From Auanema rhodensis (lineage: Eukaryota > Animalia > Nematoda), in contig OZ059900.1 in NCBI GenBank assembly GCA_964057225.1, positions 682,001-746,000 of the forward strand: a stretch of DNA of 64,000 bases, written 5' to 3'. Of the stretch, positions 26,271 to 42,100 are shown one piece after another. Numbering within the stretch: the first letter of the stretch is position 1; each line of letters starts with the position of its first letter. The position numbers were made by a program, and so were the translations under genes. Under the pieces are notes generated by a model. The model saw nothing but the letters and a program-made list of their open reading frames with translations. It was not told the origin of the DNA and searched no databases.

Positions 26271-29200
26271 ACTCACCGAGTTTTGGTACAAAATCTGTAA
26301 TACTTGTAAATTTTGATTATATTCGTTCAGATTTGAGAATCAAACACATAATACACGAAATAAGTCTTTTTTTACAAGTTTGCACTGATATTTATTCATT
26401 TTGATCAAAAAAGGTCGAAAATAGAAAGAATTTTTGAAATTTCCGAGTTTTGAGTCCAATTTGGCTAAATCGCTCATATATATGATCAAAAGCATAGTTC
26501 TATTGTCTATAACAACAAAAGTCTTTAATTAAACGCTAGTGATGTTTTAATACTGAATTTCGCTCAAATAGCATTACTACACTAAGTATGGTCGTTTTTA
26601 TGCCTTTAACACCATATACTCACCGATTTTTGGTACAAAATCTGTAATACTTGTAAATTTTGATCATATTCGTTAAGATTCGAAAATCAAACACACAATA
26701 CACGAAATAAGTTTATTTTTACAAGTTTGCACTGATATTTATTTATTTTGATCAAAAAAGGTCGAAAATAGAAAGAATTTTTGAAATTTCCGAGTTTTGA
26801 GTCTAATTTGGCTAAATCGCTCATATATATGATCAAAAGCATAGTTTTATTGTCTATAACAACAAAAGTCATCAATTAAACGCTAGTGATGTTTAAATAC
26901 TGAATTTCGCTCAAATAGCATTACTACACTAAGTATGGTCGTTTTTATGCCTTTAACACCATATACTCACCGATTTTTGGTACAAAATCTGTAATACTCG
27001 TAAATTTTGATCATATTCGTTAAGATTTGAGAATCAAACATACAATACACAAAATCAGTCTATTTTTATGAGCTTGCACTGATATATATTCATTTTGATC
27101 AAAAAAGGTCGAAAATAGAAAGAATTTTTGAAATTTCCGAGTTTTGAGTCTAATTTGGCTAAATCGCTCATATATAAGATCAGAAGCATAGTTTTATTGT
27201 CTATGACAACAAAAATCATCAATTAAACGCTAGTGATATTTAAATACTGATTTTCGCTCAAATAGCATTACTACACTAAGTATGGTCGTTTTTATGCCTT
27301 TAACACCATATACTCACCGATTTTTGGTACAAAATCTGTAATACTCGTAAATTTTGATCATATTCGTTAAGATTTGAAAATCAAACACACAATAAACAAA
27401 ATCAGTCTATTTTTATGAGTTTGCACTGATATTTATTTATTTTGATCAAAAAAGGTCGAAAATAGAAAGAATTTTTGAATTTTCCGAGTTTTGAGTCCAA
27501 TTGGGCTAAATCGCTCATATATATGATCAAAAGCATAGTTTTACTGTCTATAACAACAAAAGTCATCAATTAAACGCTAGTGATATTTAAATACTGATTT
27601 TCGCTCAAGTAGCATTACTACACTAAGTATGGTCGTTTTTATGCCTTTAACACCATATACTCACCGATTTTTGGTACAAAATCTGTAATACTTGTAAATT
27701 TTGATCATATTCGTTAAGATTTGAGAATCAAACATACAATACACAAAATCAGTCTATTTTTATGAGCTTGCACTGATATATATTCATTTTGATCAAAAAA
27801 GGTCGAAAATAGAAAGAATTTTTGAAATTTCCGAGTTTTGAGTCTAATTTGGCTAAATCGCTCATATATATGATCAGAAGCATAGTTTTATTGTCTATGA
27901 CAACAAAAATCATCAATTAAACGCTGGTGATGTTTAAATACTGATTTTCGCTCAAATAGCATTACTACACTAAGTATGGTCGTTTTTATGCCTTTAACAC
28001 CATATACTCACCGATTTTTGGTACAAAATCTGTAATACTCGTAAAATTTGATCATATTTGTTAAGATTTGAGAATCAAACACACAATACACAAAATCAGT
28101 CTATTTTTATGAGTTTACACTGATATATATTCATTTTCATCAAAAAAGGTCGAAAATAGAAAGAACTTTTGAAATTTCCGAGTTTTGAGTCCAATTTGGC
28201 TAAATCGCTCATATATATGATCAAAAGCATAGTTTTATTGTCTATAACAACAAAAGTCATCAATTAAACGCTAGTGATGTTTAAATACTGATTTTCGCTC
28301 AAGTAGCATTACTACACTAAGTATGGTCGTTTTTATGCCTTTAACACCAAATACTCACCGATTTTTGGTACAAAATCTGTAATACTCGTAAATTTCGATC
28401 ATATTCGTTAAGATTCGAGAATCAAACACACAATACACGAAATAAGTTTATTTTTACGAGTTTGCACTGATATTTATTCATTTTGATCAAAAAAGGTCGA
28501 AAATAGAAAGAATTTTTGAATTTTCCGAGTTTTGAGTCGAATTGGGCTAAATCGCTCATATATAAGATCAGAAGCATAGTTTTATTGTCTATGACAACAA
28601 AAATCATCAATTAAACGCTAGTGATGTTTAAATACTGATTTTCGCTCAAATAGCATTACTACACTAAGTATGGTCGTTTTTATGCCTTTAACACCATATA
28701 CTCACCGAGTTTTGGTACAAAATCTGTAATACTCGTAAATTTTGATCATATTCGTTAAGATTTGAAAATCAAACACACAATAAACAAAATCAGTCTATTT
28801 TTATGAGTTTGCACTGATATATATTCATTTTGATCAAAAAAGGTCGAAAATAGAAAGAATTTTTGAATTTTCCGAGTTTTGAGTCCAATTGGGCTAAATC
28901 GCTCATATATATAATCAAAAGCATAGTTTTACTGTCTATGATAACAAAAGTCATCAATTAAACGCTAGTGATGTTTAAATACTGATTTTCGCTCAAATAG
29001 CATTACTACACTAAGTATGGTCGTTTTTATGCCTTTAACACCATATACTCACCGATTTTTGGTACAAAATCTGTAATACTCGTAAATTTTGATCATATCC
29101 GTTAAGATTCGAGAATCAAACACACAATACACGAAATAAGTTTATTTTTACGAGTTTGCACTGATATTTATTCATTTTGATCAAAAAAGGTCGAAAATAG

Positions 29201-29489
29201 AAAGAATTTTTGAATTTTCCGAGTTTTGAGTCCAATTGGGCTAAATCGCTCATATATATGATCAAAAGCATAGTTTCACTGTCTATGATAACAAAAGTCT
29301 TCAAATATACACTAGTAATGATTAAATCACTGAATTTCACTCAAAGAGCTTTACTACACTAAGTATGGTCGTTTTTATGCCATTAACACCATATACTCAC
29401 CGATTTTTGGTACAAAATCTGTAATACTCGTAAATTTTGATCATATCCGTTAAGATTCGAGAATCAAACACACAATACACAAAATAAGT

Positions 29490-32400
29490 TTATTTTTACG
29501 AGTTTGCACTGATATTTATTCATTTTGATCAAAAAAGGTCGAAAATAGAAAGAATTTTTGAATTTTCCGAGTTTTGAGTCCAATTGGGCTAAATCGCTCA
29601 TATATATGATCAAAAGCATAGTTTCACTGTCTATGATAACAAAAGTCTTCAAATATAAACTAGTAATGATTAAATCACTGAATTTCACTCAAATAGCATT
29701 ACTACACTAAGTATGGTCGTTTTTATGCCTTTAACACCATATACTCACCGAGTTTTGGTACAAAATCTGTAATACTTGTAAATTTTGATCATATTCGTTA
29801 AGATTTGAGAATCAAACACATAATACACGAAATAAGTCTTTTTTTACAAGTTTGCACTGATATTTATTCATTTTGATCAAAAAAGGTCGAAAATAGAAAG
29901 AATTTTTGAAATTTCCGAGTTTTGAGTCTAATTTGGCTAAATCGCTCATATATATGATCAAAAGCATAGTTTTACTGTCTATAACAACAAAAGTCATCAA
30001 TTAAACGCTAGTGATATTTAAATACTGATTTTCGCTCAAGTAGCATTACTACACTAAGTATGGTCGTTTTTATGCCTTTAACACCATATACTCACCGATT
30101 TTTGGTACAAAATCTGTAATACTTGTAAATTTTGATCATATTCGTTAAGATTTGAGAATCAAACATACAATACACAAAATCAGTCTATTTTTATGAGCTT
30201 GCACTGATATATATTCATTTTGATCAAAAAAGGTCGAAAATAGAAAGAATTTTTGAAATTTCCGAGTTTTGAGTCTAATTTGGCTAAATCGCTCATATAT
30301 ATGATCAGAAGCATAGTTTTATTGTCTATGACAACAAAAATCATCAATTAAACGCTAGTGATGTTTAAATACTGATTTTCGCTCAAATAGCATTACTACA
30401 CTAAGTATGGTCGTTTTTATGCCTCTAACACCATATACTCACCGATTTTTGGTACAAAATCTGTAATACTTGTAAATTTTGATCATATTCGTTAAGATTC
30501 GAGAATCAAACACATAATACACGAAATAAGTCTATTTTTATGAGTTTGCACTGATATTTATTTATTTTGATCAAAAAAGGTCGAAAATAGAAAGAATTTT
30601 TGAATTTTCCGAGTTTTGAGTCCAATTGGGCTAAATCGCTCATATATATGATCAAAAGCATAGTTTTACTGTCTATAACAACAAAAGTCATCAATTAAAC
30701 GCTAGTGATATTTAAATACTGATTTTCGCTCAAGTAGCATTACTACACTAAGTATGGTCGTTTTTATGCCTTTAACACCATATACTCACCGATTTTTGGT
30801 ACAAAATCTGTAATACTTGTAAATTTTGATCATATTCGTTAAGATTTGAGAATCAAACATAAAATACACAAAATCAGTCTATTTTTATGAGCTTGCACTG
30901 ATATATATTCATTTTGATCAAAAAAGGTCGAAAATAGAAAGAATTTTTGAAATTTCCGAGTTTTGAGTCTAATTCGGCTAAATCGCTCATATATATGATC
31001 AGAAGCATAGTTTTATTGTCTATGACAACAAAAATCATCAATTAAACGCTAGTGATGTTTAAATACTGATTTTCGCTCAAATAGCATTACTACACTAAGT
31101 ATGGTCGTTTTTATGCCTTTAACACCATATACTCACCGATTTTTGGTACAAAATCTGTAATACTCGTAAAATTTGATCATATTTGTTAAGATTTGAGAAT
31201 CAAACACACAATACACAAAATCAGTCTATTTTTACGAGTTTGCACTGATATTTATTCATTTTGATCAAAAAAGGTCGAAAATAGAAAGAATTTTTGAATT
31301 TTCCGAGTTTTGAGTCCAATTGGGCTAAATCGCTCATATATATGATCAAAAGCATAGTTTCACTGTCTATGATAACAAAAGTCTTCAAATATAAACTAGT
31401 AATGATTAAATCACTGAATTTCACTCAAATAGCATTACTACACTAAGTATGGTCGTTTTTATGCCTTTAACACCATATACTCACCGAGTTTTGGTACAAA
31501 ATCTGTAATACTTGTAAATTTTGATCATATTCGTTAAGATTTGAGAATCAAACACATAATACACGAAATAAGTCTTTTTTTACAAGTTTGCACTGATATT
31601 TATTCATTTTGATCAAAAAAGGTCGAAAATAGAAAGAATTTTTGAAATTTCCGAGTTTTGAGTCTAATTTGGCTAAATCGCTCATATATATGATCAAAAG
31701 CATAGTTTTACTGTCTATAACAACAAAAGTCATCAATTAAACGCTAGTGATATTTAAATACTGATTTTCGCTCAAGTAGCATTACTACACTAAGTATGGT
31801 CGTTTTTATGCCTTTAACACCATATACTCACCGATTTTTGGTACAAAATCTGTAATACTTGTAAATTTTGATCATATTCGTTAAGATTTGAGAATCAAAC
31901 ATACAATACACAAAATCAGTCTATTTTTATGAGCTTGCACTGATATATATTCATTTTGATCAAAAAAGGTCGAAAATAGAAAGAATTTTTGAAATTTCCG
32001 AGTTTTGAGTCTAATTTGGCTAAATCGCTCATATATATGATCAGAAGCATAGTTTTATTGTCTATGACAACAAAAATCATCAATTAAACGCTAGTGATGT
32101 TTAAATACTGATTTTCGCTCAAATAGCATTACTACACTAAGTATGGTCGTTTTTATGCCTCTAACACCATATACTCACCGATTTTTGGTACAAAATCTGT
32201 AATACTTGTAAATTTTGATCATATTCGTTAAGATTCGAGAATCAAACACATAATACACGAAATAAGTCTATTTTTATGAGTTTGCACTGATATTTATTTA
32301 TTTTGATCAAAAAAGGTCGAAAATAGAAAGAATTTTTGAATTTTCCGAGTTTTGAGTCCAATTGGGCTAAATCGCTCATATATATGATCAAAAGCATAGT

Positions 32401-32965
32401 TTTACTGTCTATAACAACAAAAGTCATCAATTAAACGCTAGTGATATTTAAATACTGATTTTCGCTCAAGTAGCATTACTACACTAAGTATGGTCGTTTT
32501 TATGCCTTTAACACCATATACTCACCGATTTTTGGTACAAAATCTGTAATACTTGTAAATTTTGATCATATTCGTTAAGATTTGAGAATCAAACATACAA
32601 TACACAAAATCAGTCTATTTTTATGAGCTTGCACTGATATATATTCATTTTGATCAAAAAAGGTCGAAAATAGAAAGAATTTTTGAAATTTCCGAGTTTT
32701 GAGTCTAATTCGGCTAAATCGCTCATATATATGATCAGAAGCATAGTTTTATTGTCTATGACAACAAAAATCATCAATTAAACGCTAGTGATGTTTAAAT
32801 ACTGATTTTCGCTCAAATAGCATTACTACACTAAGTATGGTCGTTTTTATGCCTTTAACACCATATACTCACCGATTTTTGGTACAAAATCTGTAATACT
32901 CGTAAAATTTGATCATATTTGTTAAGATTTGAGAATCAAACACACAATACACAAAATCAGTCTAT
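29490..32965 (+). repeat. 5-monomer tandem duplication (period 1736 bp)
   Basis: ORF pairs 29812/31548 and 30506/32242 are offset 1736 (4x347+348). A chimeric junction monomer lies at about 31200-31240. Confidence 0.85.
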
Positions 32966-33759
32966 TTTTATGAGTTTACACTGATATATATTCATTTTCA
33001 TCAAAAAAGGTCGAAAATAGAAAGAACTTTTGAAATTTCCGAGTTTTGAGTCCAATTTGGCTAAATCGCTCATATATATGATCAAAAGCATAGTTTTATT
33101 GTCTATAACAACAAAAGTCATCAATTAAACGCTAGTGATGTTTAAATACTGATTTTCGCTCAAGTAGCATTACTACACTAAGTATGGTCGTTTTTATGCC
33201 TTTAACACCATATACTCACCGATTTTTGGTACAAAATCTGTAATACTCGTAAATTTCGATCATATTCGTTAAGATTCGAGAATCAAACACACAATACACG
33301 AAATAAGTTTATTTTTACGAGTTTGCACTGATATTTATTCATTTTGATCAAAAAAGGTCGAAAATAGAAAGAATTTTTGAATTTTCCGAGTTTTGAGTCG
33401 AATTGGGCTAAATCGCTCATATATATGATCAAAAGCATAGTTTTACTGTCTATGATAACAAAAGTCTTCAAATATACACTAATAATGATTAAATCACTGA
33501 ATTTCACTCAATTAGCATTACTACACTAAGTATGGTCGTTTTTATGCCTTTAACACCATATACTCACCGATTTTTGGTACAAAATCTGTAATACTTGTAA
33601 ATTTTGATCATATTTGTTAAGATTCGAGAATCAAACACATAATACACAAAATAAGTCTATTTTTACAAGTTTGCACTGATATTTATTCATTTTGATCAAA
33701 AAAGGTCGAAAATAGAAAGAATTTTTGAAATTTCCGAGTTTTGAGTCCAATTTGGCTAA

Positions 33760-36700
33760 ATCGCTCATATATATGATCAAAAGCATAGTTTTATTGTCTA
33801 TAACAACAAAAGTCATCAATTAAACGCTAGTGATGTTTAAATACTGAATTTCGCTCAAATAGCATTACTACACTAAGTATGGTCGTTTTTATGCCTTTAA
33901 CACCATGTACTCACCGATTTTTGGTACAAAATCTGTAATACTCGTAAATTTTGATCATATTCGTTAAGATTTGAGAATCAAACATACAATACACAAAATC
34001 AGTCTATTTTTATGAGCTTGCACTGATATATATTCATTTTGATCAAAAAAGGTCGAAAATAGAAAGAATTTTTGAAATTTCCGAGTTTTGAGTCTAATTT
34101 GGCTAAATCGCTCATATATAAGATCAGAAGCATAGTTTTATTGTCTATGATAACAAAAGTCTTCAAATATACACTAATAATGATTAAATCACTGAATTTC
34201 ACTCAATTAGCATTACTACACTAAGTATGGTCGTTTTTATGCCTTTAACACCATATACTCACCGATTTTTGGTACAAAATCTGTAATACTCGTAAATTTT
34301 GATCATATTCGTTAAGATTTGAAAATCAAACACACAATAAACAAAATCAGTCTATTTTTATGAGTTTGCACTGATATATATTCATTTTGATCAAAAAAGG
34401 TCGAAAATAGAAAGAATTTTTGAAATTTCCGAGTTTTGAGTCTAATTCGGCTAAATCGCTCATATATATGATCAGAAGCATAGTTTTATTGTCTATGACA
34501 ACAAAAATCATCAATTATACGCTAGTGATGTTTAAATACTGATTTTCGCTCAAATAGCATTACTACACTAAGTATGGTCGTTTTTATGCCTTTAACACCA
34601 TATACTCACCGATTTTTGGTACAAAATCTGTAATACTCGTAAATTTCGATCATATTCGTTAAGATTCGAGAATCAAACACACAATACACGAAATAAGTTT
34701 ATTTTTACGAGTTTGCACTGATATTTATTCATTTTGATCAAAAAAGGTCGAAAATAGAAAGAATTTTTGAATTTTCCGAGTTTTGAGTCGAATTGGGCTA
34801 AATCGCTCATATATAAGATCAGAAGCATAGTTTTATTGTCTATGACAACAAAAATCATCAATTAAACGCTAGTGATGTTTAAATACTGATTTTCGCTCAA
34901 ATAGCATTACTACACTAAGTATGGTCGTTTTTATGCCTTTAACACCATATACTCACCGAGTTTTGGTACAAAATCTGTAATACTCGTAAATTTTGATCAT
35001 ATTCGGTGAGATTCGAGAATCAAACACACAATACACGAAATAAGTCTATTTTTACGAGTTTGCACTGATATTTATTCATTTTGATCAAAAAAGGTCGAAA
35101 ATAGAAAGAATTTTTGAAATTTCCGAGTTTTGAGTCTAATTTGGCTAAATCGCTCATATATATGATCAAACGCATAGTTTCACTGTCTATGATAACAAAA
35201 GTCTTCAAATATACACTAGTAATGATTAAATCACTGAATTTCACTCAAAGAGCTTTACTACACTAAGTATGGTCGTTTTTATGCCTTTAACACCATATAC
35301 TCACCGATTTTTGGTACAAAATCTGTAATACTCGTAAATTTTGATCATATCCGTTAAGATTCGAGAATCAAACACACAATACACGAAATAAGTTTATTTT
35401 TACGAGTTTGCACTGATATTTATTCATTTTGATCAAAAAAGGTCGAAAATAGAAAGAATTTTTGAATTTTCCGAGTTTTGAGTCCAATTGGGCTAAATCG
35501 CTCATATATATGATCAAAAGCATAGTTTCACTGTCTATGATAACAAAAGTCTTCAAATATAAACTAGTAATGATTAAATCACTGAATTTCACTCAAATAG
35601 CATTACTACACTAAGTATGGTCGTTTTTATGCCTTTAACACCATATACTCACCGAGTTTTGGTACAAAATCTGTAATACTTGTAAATTTTGATCATATTC
35701 GTTAAGATTTGAGAATCAAACACATAATACACGAAATAAGTCTTTTTTTACAAGTTTGCACTGATATTTATTCATTTTGATCAAAAAAGGTCGAAAATAG
35801 AAAGAATTTTTGAAATTTCCGAGTTTTGAGTCTAATTTGGCTAAATCGCTCATATATATGATCAAAAGCATAGTTTTATTGTCTATAACAACAAAAGTCA
35901 TCAATTAAACGCTAGTGATGTTTAAATACTGAATTTCGCTCAAATAGCATTACTACACTAAGTATGGTCGTTTTTATGCCTTTAACACCATATACTCACC
36001 GATTTTTGGTACAAAATCTGTAATACTCGTAAATTTTGATCATATTCGTTAAGATTTGAGAATCAAACATACAATACACAAAATCAGTCTATTTTTATGA
36101 GCTTGCACTGATATATATTCATTTTGATCAAAAAAGGTCGAAAATAGAAAGAATTTTTGAAATTTCCGAGTTTTGAGTCTAATTTGGCTAAATCGCTCAT
36201 ATATAAGATCAGAAGCATAGTTTTATTGTCTATGATAACAAAAGTCTTCAAATATACACTAATAATGATTAAATCACTGAATTTCACTCAATTAGCATTA
36301 CTACACTAAGTATGGTCGTTTTTATGCCTTTAACACCATATACTCACCGATTTTTGGTACAAAATCTGTAATACTCGTAAATTTTGATCATATTCGTTAA
36401 GATTTGAAAATCAAACACACAATAAACAAAATCAGTCTATTTTTATGAGTTTGCACTGATATATATTCATTTTGATCAAAAAAGGTCGAAAATAGAAAGA
36501 ATTTTTGAAATTTCCGAGTTTTGAGTCTAATTCGGCTAAATCGCTCATATATATGATCAGAAGCATAGTTTTATTGTCTATGACAACAAAAATCATCAAT
36601 TAAACGCTAGTGATGTTTAAATACTGATTTTCGCTCAAATAGCATTACTACACTAAGTATGGTCGTTTTTATGCCTTTAACACCATATACTCACCGATTT

Positions 36701-38660
36701 TTGGTACAAAATCTGTAATACTCGTAAATTTCGATCATATTCGTTAAGATTCGAGAATCAAACACACAATACACGAAATAAGTTTATTTTTACGAGTTTG
36801 CACTGATATTTATTCATTTTGATCAAAAAAGGTCGAAAATAGAAAGAATTTTTGAATTTTCCGAGTTTTGAGTCGAATTGGGCTAAATCGCTCATATATA
36901 AGATCAGAAGCATAGTTTTATTGTCTATGACAACAAAAATCATCAATTAAACGCTAGTGATGTTTAAATACTGATTTTCGCTCAAATAGCATTACTACAC
37001 TAAGTATGGTCGTTTTTATGCCTTTAACACCATATACTCACCGAGTTTTGGTACAAAATCTGTAATACTCGTAAATTTTGATCATATTCGTTAAGATTTG
37101 AATATCAAACACACAATAAACAAAATCAGTCTATTTTTATGAGTTTGCACTGATATATATTCATTTTGATCAAAAAAGGTCGAAAATAGAAAGAATTTTT
37201 GAATTTTCCGAGTTTTGAGTCCAATTGGGCTAAATCGCTCATATATATAATCAAAAGCATAGTTTTACTGTCTATGATAACAAAAGTCATCAATTAAACG
37301 CTAGTGATGTTTAAATACTGATTTTCGCTCAAATAGCATTACTACACTAAGTATGGTCGTTTTTATGCCTTTAACACCATATACTCACCGATTTTTGGTA
37401 CAAAATCTGTGATACTCGTAAATTTTGATCATATTCGGTGAGATTCGAGAAGCAAACACACAATACACGAAATAAGTCTATTTTTACGAGTTTGCACTGA
37501 TATTTATTCATTTTGATCAAAAAAGGTCGAAAATAGAAAGAATTTTTGAAATTTCCGAGTTTTGAGTCTAATTTGGCTAAATCGCTCATATATATGATCA
37601 AACGCATAGTTTCACTGTCTATGATAACAAAAGTCTTCAAATATACACTAGTAATGATTAAATCACTGAATTTCACTCAAAGAGCTTTACTACACTAAGT
37701 ATGGTCGTTTTTATGCCTTTAACACCATATACTCACCGATTTTTGGTACAAAATCTGTAATACTCGTAAATTTTGATCATATCCGTTAAGATTCGAGAAT
37801 CAAACACACAATACACGAAATAAGTTTATTTTTACGAGTTTGCACTGATATTTATTCATTTTGATCAAAAAAGGTCGAAAATAGAAAGAATTTTTGAATT
37901 TTCCGAGTTTTGAGTCCAATTGGGCTAAATCGCTCATATATATGATCAAAAGCATAGTTTCACTGTCTATGATAACAAAAGTCTTCAAATATAAACTAGT
38001 AATGATTAAATCACTGAATTTCACTCAAATAGCATTACTACACTAAGTATGGTCGTTTTTATGCCTTTAACACCATATACTCACCGAGTTTTGGTACAAA
38101 ATCTGTAATACTTGTAAATTTTGATCATATTCGTTAAGATTTGAGAATCAAACACATAATACACGAAATAAGTCTTTTTTTACAAGTTTGCACTGATATT
38201 TATTCATTTTGATCAAAAAAGGTCGAAAATAGAAAGAATTTTTGAAATTTCCGAGTTTTGAGTCTAATTTGGCTAAATCGCTCATATATATGATCAAAAG
38301 CATAGTTTTATTGTCTATAACAACAAAAGTCATCAATTAAACGCTAGTGATGTTTAAATACTGAATTTCGCTCAAATAGCATTACTACACTAAGTATGGT
38401 CGTTTTTATGCCTTTAACACCATATACTCACCGATTTTTGGTACAAAATCTGTAATACTCGTAAATTTTGATCATATTCGTTAAGATTTGAGAATCAAAC
38501 ATACAATACACAAAATCAGTCTATTTTTATGAGCTTGCACTGATATATATTCATTTTGATCAAAAAAGGTCGAAAATAGAAAGAATTTTTGAAATTTCCG
38601 AGTTTTGAGTCTAATTTGGCTAAATCGCTCATATATAAGATCAGAAGCATAGTTTTATTG
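33760..38660 (+). repeat. 6/7-monomer duplication (offsets 2085 then 2432 bp)
   Basis: ORF pairs 33999/36084 and 34673/36758 (2085 = 3x347+3x348). Pairs 35368/37800 and 35716/38148 are offset 2432, with one extra monomer near 37100. Confidence 0.8.
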
Positions 38661-38959
38661 TCTATGACAACAAAAATCATCAATTAAACGCTAGTGATAT
38701 TTAAATACTGATTTTCGCTCAAATAGCATTACTACACTAAGTATGGTCGTTTTTATGCCTTTAACACCATATACTCACCGATTTTTGGTACAAAATCTGT
38801 AATACTCGTAAATTTTGATCATATTCGTTAAGATTTGAAAATCAAACACACAATAAACAAAATCAGTCTATTTTTATGAGTTTGCACTGATATTTATTTA
38901 TTTTGATCAAAAAAGGTCGAAAATAGAAAGAATTTTTGAATTTTCCGAGTTTTGAGTCC

Positions 38960-41900
38960 AATTGGGCTAAATCGCTCATATATATGATCAAAAGCATAGT
39001 TTTACTGTCTATAACAACAAAAGTCATCAATTAAACGCTAGTGATATTTAAATACTGATTTTCGCTCAAGTAGCATTACTACACTAAGTATGGTCGTTTT
39101 TATGCCTTTAACACCATATACTCACCGATTTTTGGTACAAAATCTGTAATACTTGTAAATTTTGATCATATTCGTTAAGATTTGAGAATCAAACATACAA
39201 TACACAAAATCAGTCTATTTTTATGAGCTTGCACTGATATATATTCATTTTGATCAAAAAAGGTCGAAAATAGAAAGAATTTTTGAAATTTCCGAGTTTT
39301 GAGTCTAATTTGGCTAAATCGCTCATATATATGATCAGAAGCATAGTTTTATTGTCTATGACAACAAAAATCATCAATTAAACGCTAGTGATGTTTAAAT
39401 ACTGATTTTCGCTCAAATAGCATTACTACACTAAGTATGGTCGTTTTTATGCCTTTAACACCATATACTCACCGATTTTTGGTACAAAATCTGTAATACT
39501 CGTAAAATTTGATCATATTTGTTAAGATTTGAGAATCAAACACACAATACACAAAATCAGTCTATTTTTATGAGTTTACACTGATATATATTCATTTTCA
39601 TCAAAAAAGGTCGAAAATAGAAAGAACTTTTGAAATTTCCGAGTTTTGAGTCCAATTTGGCTAAATCGCTCATATATATGATCAAAAGCATAGTTTTATT
39701 GTCTATAACAACAAAAGTCATCAATTAAACGCTAGTGATGTTTAAATACTGATTTTCGCTCAAGTAGCATTACTACACTAAGTATGGTCGTTTTTATGCC
39801 TTTAACACCAAATACTCACCGATTTTTGGTACAAAATCTGTAATACTCGTAAATTTCGATCATATTCGTTAAGATTCGAGAATCAAACACACAATACACG
39901 AAATAAGTTTATTTTTACGAGTTTGCACTGATATTTATTCATTTTGATCAAAAAAGGTCGAAAATAGAAAGAATTTTTGAATTTTCCGAGTTTTGAGTCG
40001 AATTGGGCTAAATCGCTCATATATAAGATCAGAAGCATAGTTTTATTGTCTATGACAACAAAAATCATCAATTAAACGCTAGTGATGTTTAAATACTGAT
40101 TTTCGCTCAAATAGCATTACTACACTAAGTATGGTCGTTTTTATGCCTTTAACACCATATACTCACCGAGTTTTGGTACAAAATCTGTAATACTCGTAAA
40201 TTTTGATCATATTCGTTAAGATTTGAAAATCAAACACACAATAAACAAAATCAGTCTATTTTTATGAGTTTGCACTGATATATATTCATTTTGATCAAAA
40301 AAGGTCGAAAATAGAAAGAATTTTTGAATTTTCCGAGTTTTGAGTCCAATTGGGCTAAATCGCTCATATATATAATCAAAAGCATAGTTTTACTGTCTAT
40401 GATAACAAAAGTCATCAATTAAACGCTAGTGATGTTTAAATACTGATTTTCGCTCAAATAGCATTACTACACTAAGTATGGTCGTTTTTATGCCTTTAAC
40501 ACCATATACTCACCGATTTTTGGTACAAAATCTGTAATACTCGTAAATTTTGATCATATCCGTTAAGATTCGAGAATCAAACACACAATACACGAAATAA
40601 GTTTATTTTTACGAGTTTGCACTGATATTTATTCATTTTGATCAAAAAAGGTCGAAAATAGAAAGAATTTTTGAATTTTCCGAGTTTTGAGTCCAATTGG
40701 GCTAAATCGCTCATATATATGATCAAAAGCATAGTTTCACTGTCTATGATAACAAAAGTCTTCAAATATAAACTAGTAATGATTAAATCACTGAATTTCA
40801 CTCAAATAGCATTACTACACTAAGTATGGTCGTTTTTATGCCTTTAACACCATATACTCACCGAGTTTTGGTACAAAATCTGTAATACTTGTAAATTTTG
40901 ATCATATTCGTTAAGATTTGAGAATCAAACACATAATACACGAAATAAGTCTTTTTTTACAAGTTTGCACTGATATTTATTCATTTTGATCAAAAAAGGT
41001 CGAAAATAGAAAGAATTTTTGAAATTTCCGAGTTTTGAGTCTAATTTGGCTAAATCGCTCATATATATGATCAAAAGCATAGTTTTACTGTCTATAACAA
41101 CAAAAGTCATCAATTAAACGCTAGTGATATTTAAATACTGATTTTCGCTCAAGTAGCATTACTACACTAAGTATGGTCGTTTTTATGCCTTTAACACCAT
41201 ATACTCACCGATTTTTGGTACAAAATCTGTAATACTTGTAAATTTTGATCATATTCGTTAAGATTTGAGAATCAAACATACAATACACAAAATCAGTCTA
41301 TTTTTATGAGCTTGCACTGATATATATTCATTTTGATCAAAAAAGGTCGAAAATAGAAAGAATTTTTGAAATTTCCGAGTTTTGAGTCTAATTTGGCTAA
41401 ATCGCTCATATATATGATCAGAAGCATAGTTTTATTGTCTATGACAACAAAAATCATCAATTAAACGCTAGTGATGTTTAAATACTGATTTTCGCTCAAA
41501 TAGCATTACTACACTAAGTATGGTCGTTTTTATGCCTTTAACACCATATACTCACCGATTTTTGGTACAAAATCTGTAATACTCGTAAAATTTGATCATA
41601 TTTGTTAAGATTTGAGAATCAAACACACAATACACAAAATCAGTCTATTTTTATGAGTTTACACTGATATATATTCATTTTCATCAAAAAAGGTCGAAAA
41701 TAGAAAGAACTTTTGAAATTTCCGAGTTTTGAGTCAAATTTGGCTAAATCGCTCATATATATGATCAAAAGCATAGTTTTATTGTCTATAACAACAAAAG
41801 TCATCAATTAAACGCTAGTGATGTTTAAATACTGATTTTCGCTCAAGTAGCATTACTACACTAAGTATGGTCGTTTTTATGCCTTTAACACCAAATACTC

Positions 41901-42100
41901 ACCGATTTTTGGTACAAAATCTGTAATACTCGTAAATTTCGATCATATTCGTTAAGATTCGAGAATCAAACACACAATACACGAAATAAGTTTATTTTTA
42001 CGAGTTTGCACTGATATTTATTCATTTTGATCAAAAAAGGTCGAAAATAGAAAGAATTTTTGAATTTTCCGAGTTTTGAGTCGAATTGGGCTAAATCGCT
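38960..42100 (+). repeat. Partial 6-monomer duplication (offset 2083 bp)
   Basis: Rare CACCAAATAC variant base at 39811 and 41894 (2083 = 5x347+348), with matching neighbouring monomer types. Confidence 0.7.

Noticed and set aside
37371-37676. Longest ORF (101 aa)
   Set aside because: A single substitution (GAATC to GAAGC near 37452) removes a stop codon in one monomer. There is no other evidence of coding.
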